Origin: a virus | Taxonomy: Duplodnaviria; Caudoviricetes | IMG/VR virus record: IMGVR_UViG_3300030744_000156 | Location: 20,442 to 84,441 of that record | Direction: 5' to 3' (one strand) | Length of the DNA: 64,000 nt | In this document: positions 26,594-35,293 of the stretch, in pieces | Position numbering within the stretch: position 1 is the stretch's first letter | Layout: every line of letters starts with the position of its first letter | The notes under the pieces: generated by a model | What the model was told of the DNA's origin: nothing | Databases searched by the model: none | Seen by the model: only the letters and a program-made list of their open reading frames with translations | Translations under genes and position numbers: made by a program

Positions 26594-26836
26594 GTGCTCA
26601 ACGTCGAGGGCCGTCACACCGCCGTACAGGAGTTCGCGGACGCGTTCGAAACCGGGCACCTCCCGCCCGGCCTGCCGAAGGACGTGATGGTCAAGTGCGC
26701 CGCCCTGGCGCAGGACCTCATCGACCTGCTGCCCGACGGCCCATGCCTCACCCGCGCGTTGCACGACCTGTGGCGGTCGAAGAACGAGGCGGTGCTGTAC
26801 GCGGTGCGGCTCCAGCGCAAGGCGGACGCCTCGTGA
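26594..26836 (+). CDS. Small helical-hairpin phage protein (HLP...LPDGP...K.EAV type)
   Basis: RBS AAGGAG; recognisable phage motif. Confidence 0.7.
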   Translation: MLNVEGRHTAVQEFADAFETGHLPPGLPKDVMVKCAALAQDLIDLLPDGPCLTRALHDLWRSKNEAVLYAVRLQRKADAS

Positions 26837-27027
26837 CCCCGCAGGAAGCCGCCAACCGGGCGGCAGAGGTGCTGAGCAGGGCGGAGGACATGGCCAAGCC
26901 TGGTCGTGTCGTAGACGGCTCCAGTGCGGCGATGGCGCTCGCCACTGTCGCCGACAGCTGGACGCGGCTGGCTGAAGCGCTGGCCCAGAACCCGATCATG
27001 ACGTTGGGGTCGGAGGGCACGACGTGA
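26833..27027 (+). CDS. Hypothetical protein
   Basis: GTGA coupling. Confidence 0.55.
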   Translation: MTPQEAANRAAEVLSRAEDMAKPGRVVDGSSAAMALATVADSWTRLAEALAQNPIMTLGSEGTT

Positions 27028-27416
27028 GCGGCATCGTGCACATCGTCGGCACCGTCGTGGACGTCGGCACCCGCACCCGCCAGGTCTGCGCCTGGTGCGG
27101 CACGCTCCTGCTCGACGTCGACCGGACCCGTGGTGCCGCCGAGACCAGACATGACCCGGAGCCTCCGCACTTCCTGCCCGGCGAGCTACTGCGCGTAGAC
27201 GGGAACATGTCCGTGGTCGTCGACCACAAGGACGGAGACGACCTGCCCGACAACGCGTGCGCTCTGATTGTTCCGGCCGTGTCCGCTGATCGTCGGGCGC
27301 TTGAGATCGCAGACCGCATCGCCGCCGAGGAGCCAACCGCAGGCGCGGGGCGCGTGACGCGCAGGTTCCTCGCTGCACTGCTGGACGCCGGGCTGATCAC
27401 GCAGAAGGTGTCGTGA
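27024..27416 (+). CDS. Hypothetical protein (CAWC motif)
   Basis: GTGA coupling. Confidence 0.6.
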   Translation: MSGIVHIVGTVVDVGTRTRQVCAWCGTLLLDVDRTRGAAETRHDPEPPHFLPGELLRVDGNMSVVVDHKDGDDLPDNACALIVPAVSADRRALEIADRIAAEEPTAGAGRVTRRFLAALLDAGLITQKVS

Positions 27417-27778
27417 TGGACGGCATCGTCATCAAAGGCGACCCGGTACCGCGCAGGCAGCGCTGGCACTTCGCCCAGTCCGTCGTGCGTGAGATCGCAG
27501 ACGAGGACCCCGACACGCTCGACATCGTCGAGCAGATGCTCCGCGACCACGCCGAGGCTAAGAACGCCGAACAGGGCCTGAAGGTCGTCTCCGACACCGG
27601 CATCGAGTGGTTCGAGTCCCCGAACCGTGACCCCGAGTTCGACGAGGCCCGCCGGTTCCTTTCCGAGCGGGCGTGGACGCGCGGCGAGCCGATCGAGTTC
27701 GACTACCTGTTCTGCCGGCTGTCGGGCGAGTCCATCGCGCCGAGCGGGACCCCGCCCACCGAGGAGCCAGCCCCGTGA
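27413..27778 (+). CDS. Hypothetical protein
   Basis: Coupled; protein-like. Confidence 0.6.
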   Translation: MMDGIVIKGDPVPRRQRWHFAQSVVREIADEDPDTLDIVEQMLRDHAEAKNAEQGLKVVSDTGIEWFESPNRDPEFDEARRFLSERAWTRGEPIEFDYLFCRLSGESIAPSGTPPTEEPAP

Positions 27779-28092
27779 CCCGCGCCGACTTCAAGATCTG
27801 CGCCCGCGCCGTGCTCGACAGCGGGCGGGCCGTCACCGTCGTGCCCACGTCGCCGCAGGTTCCACGTGACGAGATCAACGTGATGGACGCGACGGGCAGC
27901 GTGCAAACCGTGCGCGTGGACCGGTTGCGACACGAGGACACTGCGGCGTGGCCGTCGTCAGGCACGTGCGGTGCGTGCCAGCACAAGGCGTCCCGGACCG
28001 GAGAGCCGTGGGCCAACCAGTACCGGTGCGGGGAGGGCTGCTGCTGCACCATGCAGGGCTGCTGTCCTGGCAAGACCACGCAGGAGGCGTGA
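27775..28092 (+). CDS. Cys-rich hypothetical protein
   Basis: CGAC...CGEGCCCTMQGCC. Confidence 0.55.
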   Translation: MTRADFKICARAVLDSGRAVTVVPTSPQVPRDEINVMDATGSVQTVRVDRLRHEDTAAWPSSGTCGACQHKASRTGEPWANQYRCGEGCCCTMQGCCPGKTTQEA

Positions 28093-28523
28093 TGGCCACC
28101 TGCGGCGAACTGTCCCCAAACGTCAAGAACATGCCCTGCTCGGCGCTGGACCGGCCAGGCCCGTGCCGGTGCATCAACGACTCGCGGCACGAGGACGACC
28201 ACCAGTGCAGGTGCGGCGACGAGTGGCCGAGCCGCACCCAACGCGAACTCGTCGACCTGATCGAGCGCGCCACCGTTGTCGAGGTCCGGCCGGGCGACCT
28301 GCTCCTGTTCGAGGCCAGCAACACGATGACCGATGCCGAGATCGAGCACTTCGAGACGGCCATGCGCGACCACATCTCCAGTGGCATCCGGGTCGCCGTG
28401 CTGGAGCACGTCCGGTTCGCGGCCGTCATCCGGCACGAGCACGCGAAGAAGCCCCATGAGCGCAGCGACGAGGCGTTCGGCCTCGACCCCGAAGGAGGCG
28501 ACACCCAGTGCAGAGTGGACTGA
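28092..28523 (+). CDS. Hypothetical protein with N-terminal Cys/His module
   Basis: RBS AGGAGG; CRCIN...H...HQCRCGDEW. Confidence 0.6.
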   Translation: MATCGELSPNVKNMPCSALDRPGPCRCINDSRHEDDHQCRCGDEWPSRTQRELVDLIERATVVEVRPGDLLLFEASNTMTDAEIEHFETAMRDHISSGIRVAVLEHVRFAAVIRHEHAKKPHERSDEAFGLDPEGGDTQCRVD

Positions 28524-28726
28524 TCCCCACCGGCGACGACCGGTGCTACGTGCTGTTCGGGCCCGACAACTGCCCCGACAGCGGCCAGTCGTGCACGTGC
28601 ATCAACCCGAAGGGCCACAAGGACCGCGACCCCGGCGGCACGCACGGCTGCCACTGCGGACGCCGCTGGAACGGCACCACCGACGAGGTCGACCCGCCGG
28701 GATGGGGGCAGGTGGTCAGCCCGTGA
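28508..28726 (+). CDS. Small Cys/His-module protein
   Basis: RBS AAGGAGG; CTCIN...H...HGCHCGRRW. Confidence 0.55.
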   Translation: MQSGLIPTGDDRCYVLFGPDNCPDSGQSCTCINPKGHKDRDPGGTHGCHCGRRWNGTTDEVDPPGWGQVVSP

Positions 28727-29130
28727 CCACGGGAGCGTCGGCCGACGACGAGATGGTGCGTCGCGTCGCAGAGGCCATGGGGCACAAAGACTCCGGTCTG
28801 GCCGACGCGTTCGGCGGCTACCTTTGTGCTTGCGAGCGAGCGTCGTGGCTTCATCTGAAGGAGTTCGGCTACCGCGGTGGCTGCACATCTGGGTGGGCTG
28901 ATGCACGGGCCGCCCTAGCGGCGATTCAGCCTGGCGGCATCATCTGCATCCCCGGAACGATCACCGACGAGGACTTCGCGCGGCTCGAACATCGTTGGCG
29001 CTGGGCGGTCAAGGAGCAGGGCAACGCGCTGCGGGTCCTCAACGACGACGGCACGCACGGCAGGTGGCTCGGTCGCCGCCCGCCGTCGTGGAAGCGCGCC
29101 TACTACCGCGTCCGGAGGTGGTTGGCGTGA
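28723..29130 (+). CDS. Hypothetical protein
   Basis: GTGA coupling. Confidence 0.55.
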   Translation: MTTGASADDEMVRRVAEAMGHKDSGLADAFGGYLCACERASWLHLKEFGYRGGCTSGWADARAALAAIQPGGIICIPGTITDEDFARLEHRWRWAVKEQGNALRVLNDDGTHGRWLGRRPPSWKRAYYRVRRWLA

Positions 29131-29429
29131 GCCTCACCAACGACATCATCGGCCTGCACGACGGCCGGACCTTGCTCGTCCACCCACCATCCGCGTGCGA
29201 GAACACAGCGTGCTGCGTGCACAACCCGAGCACGCACCCGCTCAACACCGCACCGCTCTCCTGGAACGCCTTCACCCGCACGATGGAACGGACGTGCCAG
29301 CACGACGCCACTCACCCTGACCCGGACGACCTCGCTTACAAGCGCAGCGCGCTCGGCGCCGACTTCGCGAGGCACTTCGAGTTCCACAACTGCTGCGGCT
29401 GGCGCTGCTGCAAGGACGTGACGCCGTGA
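29127..29429 (+). CDS. Conserved phage Cys/His protein
   Basis: CCVHNPSTH...MERTCQH..THPDPD motif. Confidence 0.7.
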   Translation: MSLTNDIIGLHDGRTLLVHPPSACENTACCVHNPSTHPLNTAPLSWNAFTRTMERTCQHDATHPDPDDLAYKRSALGADFARHFEFHNCCGWRCCKDVTP

Positions 29430-29977
29430 CCGCGCGCCGCAACCCCGGAGCGTCGGCCCCGGTCCCTATCGTGAAGACCGCCACGAACGAGGAGACCACC
29501 CCGCCACAACGAAGGGTGGACCTCGGCATGGACGAACTCGCGGCACGAACCACAGTGGACGCACACGCTCAGACCACGGTCACGACACCAGTTCGGCGCC
29601 TCGCTAGAGCACGGATCACCTCGACACCGGCAGGCGACGTCGCGCACGTGCAGTACACCAACCCCTATCGCACGCCCGCCGACGCCCGCCCCGATGCCGG
29701 CGCGTTCCTCAGCATCGGCCACCTCAACGACCTGCCCTGGTACCGCGCCGACCAGCCGCCCGCCCGGCACGACTGCTGGCGGCAGTCATGGCACACCGAC
29801 ACGGACGGGTACCTGTGGCTCGAACGCTGCCCCTGCGGGGGCTTGCGCACCTACCGCGAAGGACAACCAACCACGCTGTGGTGGGTCGCCCGCAACAGCC
29901 GCGCCACCGGCCGTGTCCTTTCCCCCTCAATCATCCGACGCGCCTGCACGTGGCTACGGCAGAAGGGCAGACCATGA
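29426..29977 (+). CDS. Hypothetical protein
   Basis: Coupled; ERCPCGG motif. Confidence 0.55.
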   Translation: MTARRNPGASAPVPIVKTATNEETTPPQRRVDLGMDELAARTTVDAHAQTTVTTPVRRLARARITSTPAGDVAHVQYTNPYRTPADARPDAGAFLSIGHLNDLPWYRADQPPARHDCWRQSWHTDTDGYLWLERCPCGGLRTYREGQPTTLWWVARNSRATGRVLSPSIIRRACTWLRQKGRP

Positions 29978-30210
29978 GCGACCTCCCCGAACGGCCACAG
30001 CCCATCACCGACGTGTACCTGCAAATCGCAGGCCACGAAGAGTGGATCCTCATCTCCCAGTACGGCGACCGCTCCAGCATCACCGGCTGCTTCGGCCCGT
30101 TCAACGACGAACAAGCCGCGCTCGACGCCAAAGCACCCCTGCTGGAGGCGGGCATCGATGGCACCTTGTGGCAGGCGCTGCCGCTGAAGAAAGTCATCAC
30201 CGAACCATGA
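29974..30210 (+). CDS. Hypothetical protein
   Basis: ATGA coupling; GCFGPF. Confidence 0.6.
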   Translation: MSDLPERPQPITDVYLQIAGHEEWILISQYGDRSSITGCFGPFNDEQAALDAKAPLLEAGIDGTLWQALPLKKVITEP

Positions 30211-30235
30211 CCGGCCGCAACGCACGGCGGGATCG

Positions 30236-30346
30236 ATGAGGCGCGGCACCCCACAGCCCGGCTGGCTGCTCGCCGGGGCACTCGCCGCCCTCTTCGCTGC
30301 GGTCGCTCTCATCGGCGTGCTGCTCGCCTGGTGGATCATGGGATGA
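30236..30346 (+). CDS. 36-aa single-pass membrane peptide
   Basis: MRRGTPQPGWLLAGALAALFAAVALIGVLLAWWIMG. Confidence 0.45.
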   Translation: MRRGTPQPGWLLAGALAALFAAVALIGVLLAWWIMG

Positions 30347-30391
30347 CCAGGCCAACGCTCGCCAATCAACCGACGTCAGGGAGGTGACCTA

Positions 30392-30958
30392 ATGCAAGCC
30401 AACGGCGAACACAAGCCTCGCTGCAACGGCACGACCAGGAAGAAAAAGCCCTGCACCAACCCGCCCGTGCATGGCGCGACGGTGTGTCGCATGCACGGCG
30501 GCGCCGCCCCCCAGGTGATCGCGAAAGCACAGGAACGCATCGCCGAGCAGCAGGCACGGAAAGCACTCGGCAAGCTGGACGACGTCCTCGGCCCCGCCCA
30601 GCCAGTCACCAACCCACTCATGGCGCTCTCACTGATCGCCGGAGAAGCGCTGCGCTGGAAGGAAGTGATCGCCGAACGCGTCGCCCGCCTCCAGGAGATC
30701 CGCTACACCGACGCCAAGGGCAGCGAACAGATGCGGGCGGAGATCGCAGTGTTCGAACGCGCCCTCGACCGCTGCTCCACCGTCCTCGCGAACATCGTCC
30801 GCCTCAACATCGACGAACGCCTCGCCACCATCACCGACCGGCAAGGCCACATCCTCGCCGGAGTCATCACGTCGGTGCTCGAGCAACTCGACCTCGGCGA
30901 CCAGCTCGACCGGGTCCGGGAACTGATCGCCGTCGAGCTCGAGCGGCTGGACGCCTAG
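30392..30958 (+). CDS. Terminase small subunit candidate (HGGxSTG-type)
   Basis: RCNGTTRKKKPC...CRMHGG; directly upstream of TerL. Confidence 0.75.
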   Translation: MQANGEHKPRCNGTTRKKKPCTNPPVHGATVCRMHGGAAPQVIAKAQERIAEQQARKALGKLDDVLGPAQPVTNPLMALSLIAGEALRWKEVIAERVARLQEIRYTDAKGSEQMRAEIAVFERALDRCSTVLANIVRLNIDERLATITDRQGHILAGVITSVLEQLDLGDQLDRVRELIAVELERLDA

Positions 30959-30961
30959 ACC

Positions 30962-32365
30962 GTGGGCGTGTTCGCAGCGGCAGCCGCAGCGCTGCGGCCA
31001 CGCGCCTACGTGACCGATCCGATCGGCTGGGTGAAGGGCAAGCTGTCGCAGATCGTCTGGTCGAAGCAGCGGCAGATCCTTGAGTCCATTCGCGACAACC
31101 GCAAGACCGCGGTCCGCTCCTGCCACGGCGTCGGCAAAAGCTGGACCGCGGCACTCGCCGCCAGCTGGTGGCTCGACACCCACGAGCCCGGCACGGCATT
31201 CGTCGTGACGACGGCGCCGACGTTTCGGCAGGTTCGGGCGATCCTGTGGCGGTACATCCGCCGCGTCCACAAGGTCGGCAAGCTGCCTGGCCGGGTCAAC
31301 CAGACCGAGTGGCATCTCGGCGACGAGCTCGTCGCGTTCGGTTCGAAGCCCGCGGACCACGACGAGTCCGCCTTCCAGGGCATTCACGCGCAGTTCGTGC
31401 TGGTCATCGTCGATGAGGCGTGTGGCGTGCCTGAGCAACTGTGGGTGGCGGCGGACGCGCTCACCACGAACACGGACTGTCGGATCCTCGCGATCGGCAA
31501 CCCGGACAACCCCGCCTCGCACTTCCGGAAGGTGTGCGCTGGTGGTTCAGGCTGGAACGTCATCGGCATCAGCGCCTTCGACTCGCCGAACCTGACTGGC
31601 GAGGAGGTGCCCAACGAGGTCGCGCAGGCCCTGGTGTCGCGGGAATGGGTGGAGGAGAAGAAACGCGAGTGGGGCGAGGACAACCCGCTGTACCTGGCGA
31701 AGGTGCTCGGCGAGTTCGCTTCGGACCACCCGAACCAGGTGGTGCGGCAGTCCGACGTGTACGTGTGCCGGCAGCCTGCCGAGACGCCACTGGCCGACGA
31801 GGATCTCCTGCCGGTCGAGCTCGGCGTCGACGTCGGCGGCGGCGGGGACGAGACAGTGATCCGGGAACGCCGCGGACGGCTGGTCGGCCGGGAGTGGCGG
31901 GCGCTCACCGACAGGCCCGAGAAGATCGCGCCGATGGTGTTGGCCGCGATCAAGGAATCCGGCGCGACCGACGTGAAGGTCGACTCCATCGGCATCGGGT
32001 TCGGCGTCATCGGCGAGCTCCGCAACATGGCCGGCAACAAGCTGCACAGTGCGCACATCACCGCAGTGAACGTGGCGGAGAAGTCGTCGGAGCCGGACAA
32101 GTTCATCAACCTGCGCGCAGAGCTGTGGTGGCAGCTCGGCCGCGGCCTGTCTGAGCGGCATGGCTGGGACCTGTCGACGATGGACAACGCGGATGCCACG
32201 GTCGCCCAGTTGCTGGAGCCCCGGTGGGAGATCGATGCGCAGGGCCGGATCAAGGTCGAGAAGAAGGACGATGTGCGAGCGCGGCTGGGGCGCAGCCCAG
32301 ACAACGCTGATGCGCTGCTGCTGGCGTTCTACCGCGGCGAACGGACACGCCTGCGGTGGATCTAG
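30962..32365 (+). CDS. terL: Terminase large subunit
   Basis: SCHGVGKS Walker A, VIVDEA Walker B, GNP, LGVDVGGGGDE nuclease motif, SPDNADA. Confidence 0.95.
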   Translation: MGVFAAAAAALRPRAYVTDPIGWVKGKLSQIVWSKQRQILESIRDNRKTAVRSCHGVGKSWTAALAASWWLDTHEPGTAFVVTTAPTFRQVRAILWRYIRRVHKVGKLPGRVNQTEWHLGDELVAFGSKPADHDESAFQGIHAQFVLVIVDEACGVPEQLWVAADALTTNTDCRILAIGNPDNPASHFRKVCAGGSGWNVIGISAFDSPNLTGEEVPNEVAQALVSREWVEEKKREWGEDNPLYLAKVLGEFASDHPNQVVRQSDVYVCRQPAETPLADEDLLPVELGVDVGGGGDETVIRERRGRLVGREWRALTDRPEKIAPMVLAAIKESGATDVKVDSIGIGFGVIGELRNMAGNKLHSAHITAVNVAEKSSEPDKFINLRAELWWQLGRGLSERHGWDLSTMDNADATVAQLLEPRWEIDAQGRIKVEKKDDVRARLGRSPDNADALLLAFYRGERTRLRWI

Positions 32366-32571
32366 AACTGCCGCCGCCTCGACGCTTCGGTCACGGCGGC
32401 GCGGATCTTCATCTGTAACTCGGTGGCCTCGTGCATCGACAGCGGCAGCGGCTCGCCGTTCGGCGGCGGCAGGATCACGACCTCGCCGCGGTCGTTGACG
32501 GCTGCGCCGATGTTGAACTGGGTGTCGCGTCGGCGGACGGTGAGCAGGAAGCTGGCGACGTACTCGCGCAC
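32362..32571 (-). CDS. Small hypothetical protein, paralog of 16193-16405
   Basis: RBS GAGGA before GTG 32571. Confidence 0.6.
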   Translation of the reverse strand: MREYVASFLLTVRRRDTQFNIGAAVNDRGEVVILPPPNGEPLPLSMHEATELQMKIRAAVTEASRRRQF

Positions 32572-32729
32572 GATGTTTCCTCGGGCGTGCAGATCGGACA
32601 CCACGAGCATGGCCCTGAGCTTGCGGTGGGAATGGAGACGGCGCCACAGCGGGCAGCACGGAACGGGATGCCTTTGAAGACGAAGCAGATCGGGGCTGGG
32701 TCGACGAGATGCTTCAGTCTTCGGAACAC
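32475..32729 (-). CDS. Possible small Zn-finger protein; C-terminal overlap with next gene looks non-native
   Basis: HLV...ARCG...CSWCPIC; RBS GAGG. Confidence 0.35.
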   Translation of the reverse strand: MFRRLKHLVDPAPICFVFKGIPFRAARCGAVSIPTASSGPCSWCPICTPEETSCASTSPASCSPSADATPSSTSAQPSTTAARS

Positions 32730-32755
32730 GCCTCGCCCGAGCTGCGGCGGGCCTT

Positions 32756-33133
32756 CTACGGCGTCCACAGCGCAGGCGCGTTGCCGACGACCAGCTGCGG
32801 TGCGAGCCGCGTGTCTGGTGCTGGCAGCGTCATGAGTCTCTCGACGACCTCGGCCAGGGTGCCGCTGTATTCCCACACGATCTCAGGGTTCGTGTGTCGG
32901 TCTGCGGGGACGCGGATCCGGATGCCGAGCGCGTCGGTCTCTTCGCGGACGCGGATGCAGTCGCGCCACCCATGCGGCCATCGTTTGAAGCCTTCGAGCG
33001 CCATGATGTTCGCGACACCCCGCAACGGCAGGAACTTCCAGCCTGCGTCGGGGAGCAGCGCGAGGCCTTTCAGGCAGGGGTAGAGCTCTATCGCTTGGGC
33101 TGAGGTGAACGTCTGGGTAGGCACGTCGGTCAT
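32756..33133 (-). CDS. Hypothetical protein of a type usually found beside XRE regulators in Pseudonocardiaceae
   Basis: GW.F...WPHGWRD...TDA...VW...G.L.EVV..L..LP.P...APQLV...LWTP. Confidence 0.7.
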   Translation of the reverse strand: MTDVPTQTFTSAQAIELYPCLKGLALLPDAGWKFLPLRGVANIMALEGFKRWPHGWRDCIRVREETDALGIRIRVPADRHTNPEIVWEYSGTLAEVVERLMTLPAPDTRLAPQLVVGNAPALWTP

Positions 33134-33320
33134 GCGCGGGCCTCCGGTGGTCGTCATGTGTGCTGCGCCGGGCACTCCCACCCGACATGATCAGTGTCGG
33201 CACTCTTGACCTGCGACAACACAGCGGCAAAGGCGCAGCTCGCAGTAACCTTGGAGGGTTACCCGGCGTAAAAAGCAGAGAAGGACCCGGCGTTCATTCT
33301 GCCCAGTACCCTGCTTAGCT

Positions 33321-33821
33321 GTGGACTTGTTGCCGTACGCCGAGTACGCCGCCTCGCTCAACAGGAAGCGCACGAGCGCAGGTGTGCTCTACCGCGACCG
33401 CCGCGGTCGTGTGCTTCTCGTCAAGCCGACCTACAAGTCCGGCTGGGACATCCCAGGTGGAGCGGTCTCGGAGGGAGAACCACCGTGGCGCGCCGCTCGC
33501 CGCGAGGTCCAAGAAGAGATCGGATTCGACCTGCAGCTCGGCTCCCTCCTCGTCATCGACTACATCCCCACCGAGCCCCCCATGCCGGAAGGTCTCGCGT
33601 TCGTCTTTGACGGCGGCCTGATCACCGACGAGGAGGTCTCGGCCATCGAGCTGCGTGACCCGGAGATCGGCACAGTGCGTCTGAGCACCATCGACGAAAC
33701 TCGTACCCTGATGAAGCCTCGGCTGGCCCGCCGGATCGAGGCCGCGCAACATGCCGCGCTCAACGGCGTTCTGACGTTCTGCGAGTCCGGGAAACCGATC
33801 ATCGAACCCCGGCACAGCTGA
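33321..33821 (+). CDS. NUDIX hydrolase
   Basis: Nudix box GGAVSEGEPPWRAARREVQEEIG. Confidence 0.93.
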   Translation: MDLLPYAEYAASLNRKRTSAGVLYRDRRGRVLLVKPTYKSGWDIPGGAVSEGEPPWRAARREVQEEIGFDLQLGSLLVIDYIPTEPPMPEGLAFVFDGGLITDEEVSAIELRDPEIGTVRLSTIDETRTLMKPRLARRIEAAQHAALNGVLTFCESGKPIIEPRHS

Positions 33822-33833
33822 GGGAGACCGCCC

Positions 33834-35057
33834 ATGCAAGCGCCGCCGATCGCCGAGAACCTTGCCCGATTCCGCAAGTCCCGGACCATGTCCCAGGAGG
33901 AGCTCGCCGCCTGCTCCGGTGTTGGCGTCGACACCATCGGCAGGATCGAACGCGGTGAGCGCCGCACCACCCGGCCAGGCACCGTCGCGAAACTCGCCAG
34001 AGCACTGGACGTCTCTGCCGAAGCGCTACTGGGATTGAGACCGGCGCCCAGCACGAGCCAGGCGCCGCAGGTAGCCGAGCTGCGGCACGCCATCACCGCG
34101 ACCGCCGAGATCCCTGGCCTGTCGGACTTCAACGAGGTCAACGAGGTCGCGGCACCAAGCGATATCGCAGCCACGGCACATCGAGCATGGCGCGCCTACG
34201 TCGACGGCCAGCACGCCGAACTGCTGTACGCGCTCCCGATCCTGCTTGTCGACGCTCGGCGGCTCGTGCATCACACCTCCGGTGACGACAACGCCATCGC
34301 TCACCGGCTGCTCTCCACCGCTTACCGGCTCGGCGCCGGCCTCGCGGGACGCTACGACCTCGATGACCTCGCATGGACAGCAGCGGAACGTGCGCTCACG
34401 GCGGCGCACCACTCGGATGCGGCCGAGATCGAGACGGCCATTTCGCTGCGCTACCTCGTGTGGACCCTCGTCCGCCAAGGACGGTTGGATGATGCCGAAC
34501 GGGTAGCGGTGATGGCGGCCGAGAAAATCGAGCCTCGCATGCTCGACCGCGACCCCGAGCGCGCCGGGGTGTTCGGCAACCTCGTCTTCAACGCTGCCAC
34601 TGCCGCGCAGCGCGCCGGCAGCGAGAGCCGCGCTGATGACCTGCTGGCGGTGGCGCAGGCTGCCGCCGTGCGGGCAGGCCGGGACACCGCGTCCGAGAGC
34701 GCGATCTTCGGCCCGCGTGTCGCCGCCTTCCAGCGGGTCGACAAGGCCGTGCGGGCTGGTGATCCCGAGACCGCCCTGCAACTGGCCATGCGGGTACCGG
34801 AATCGCAGGGCGTGGTGCCCGCGTTCTGGGAGGCCGGCCACCGGCTGCACCTGGCCGCTGCGGCGTTGCAGGTTCGGCGCGATCAGCTCGCGCTCGACTT
34901 CCTGTCCGAGGCCCGCGACCTCGCCCCGGACTGGGTACGGCAGCAGCCGCTCGGAGCGAACACGATGCGGCAGCTGGTCGACCGGGCGCCTCGTCGACGC
35001 GGCGCCGACTTTGCGCTGCTGGCGGCGCATTACGGGGTCGTTGAGACCGGACGGTGA
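33834..35057 (+). CDS. XRE-family HTH regulator with long helical-repeat C-terminus
   Basis: MSQEELAACSGVGVDTIGRIERG; all-alpha remainder. Confidence 0.88.
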   Translation: MQAPPIAENLARFRKSRTMSQEELAACSGVGVDTIGRIERGERRTTRPGTVAKLARALDVSAEALLGLRPAPSTSQAPQVAELRHAITATAEIPGLSDFNEVNEVAAPSDIAATAHRAWRAYVDGQHAELLYALPILLVDARRLVHHTSGDDNAIAHRLLSTAYRLGAGLAGRYDLDDLAWTAAERALTAAHHSDAAEIETAISLRYLVWTLVRQGRLDDAERVAVMAAEKIEPRMLDRDPERAGVFGNLVFNAATAAQRAGSESRADDLLAVAQAAAVRAGRDTASESAIFGPRVAAFQRVDKAVRAGDPETALQLAMRVPESQGVVPAFWEAGHRLHLAAAALQVRRDQLALDFLSEARDLAPDWVRQQPLGANTMRQLVDRAPRRRGADFALLAAHYGVVETGR

Positions 35058-35065
35058 AGTAGAGC

Positions 35066-35187
35066 TGGTGACGAGGACGGGATTCGAACCCGCGTCTCCT
35101 ACTAGCCCCCTGCCTGACTGGCCGTCCGGACGTGCCAGCAGGCAGTACGTGGGGTGTTCAGGATTCTGGCCGCTGAACTACCTCGCC
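35066..35187 (-). ncRNA. tRNA-like RNA (122 nt) with acceptor, D and T arms and encoded CCA, anticodon arm replaced by a long hairpin
   Basis: GGCGAGG/CCTCGTC-A-CCA; GTTC-AGCGGCCA-GAAT; GCGGG-TTCGAAT-CCCGT; -10-like TAGCCT 7 nt upstream. Confidence 0.75.
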
Positions 35188-35293
35188 GTAACCGAGGCTA
35201 GCTGACAGCGCGCGAGTGGCCAGCCACCCACAGCACCCTGAACCGACGATTCAACGGTCACAAACCGGTCTCACCGACGAATCGCAGGCGTGT

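Noticed and set aside
35066-35100. Second att site marking the moron boundary
   Set aside because: The matching 5' half is present, so it is a whole gene-like unit, and no duplicate of its 3' end occurs elsewhere in the window.
35101-35161. Group I or BHB-type intron in the tRNA-like gene
   Set aside because: Far too short for a group I intron; no bulge-helix-bulge; I found no excision that restores a U33 anticodon loop.
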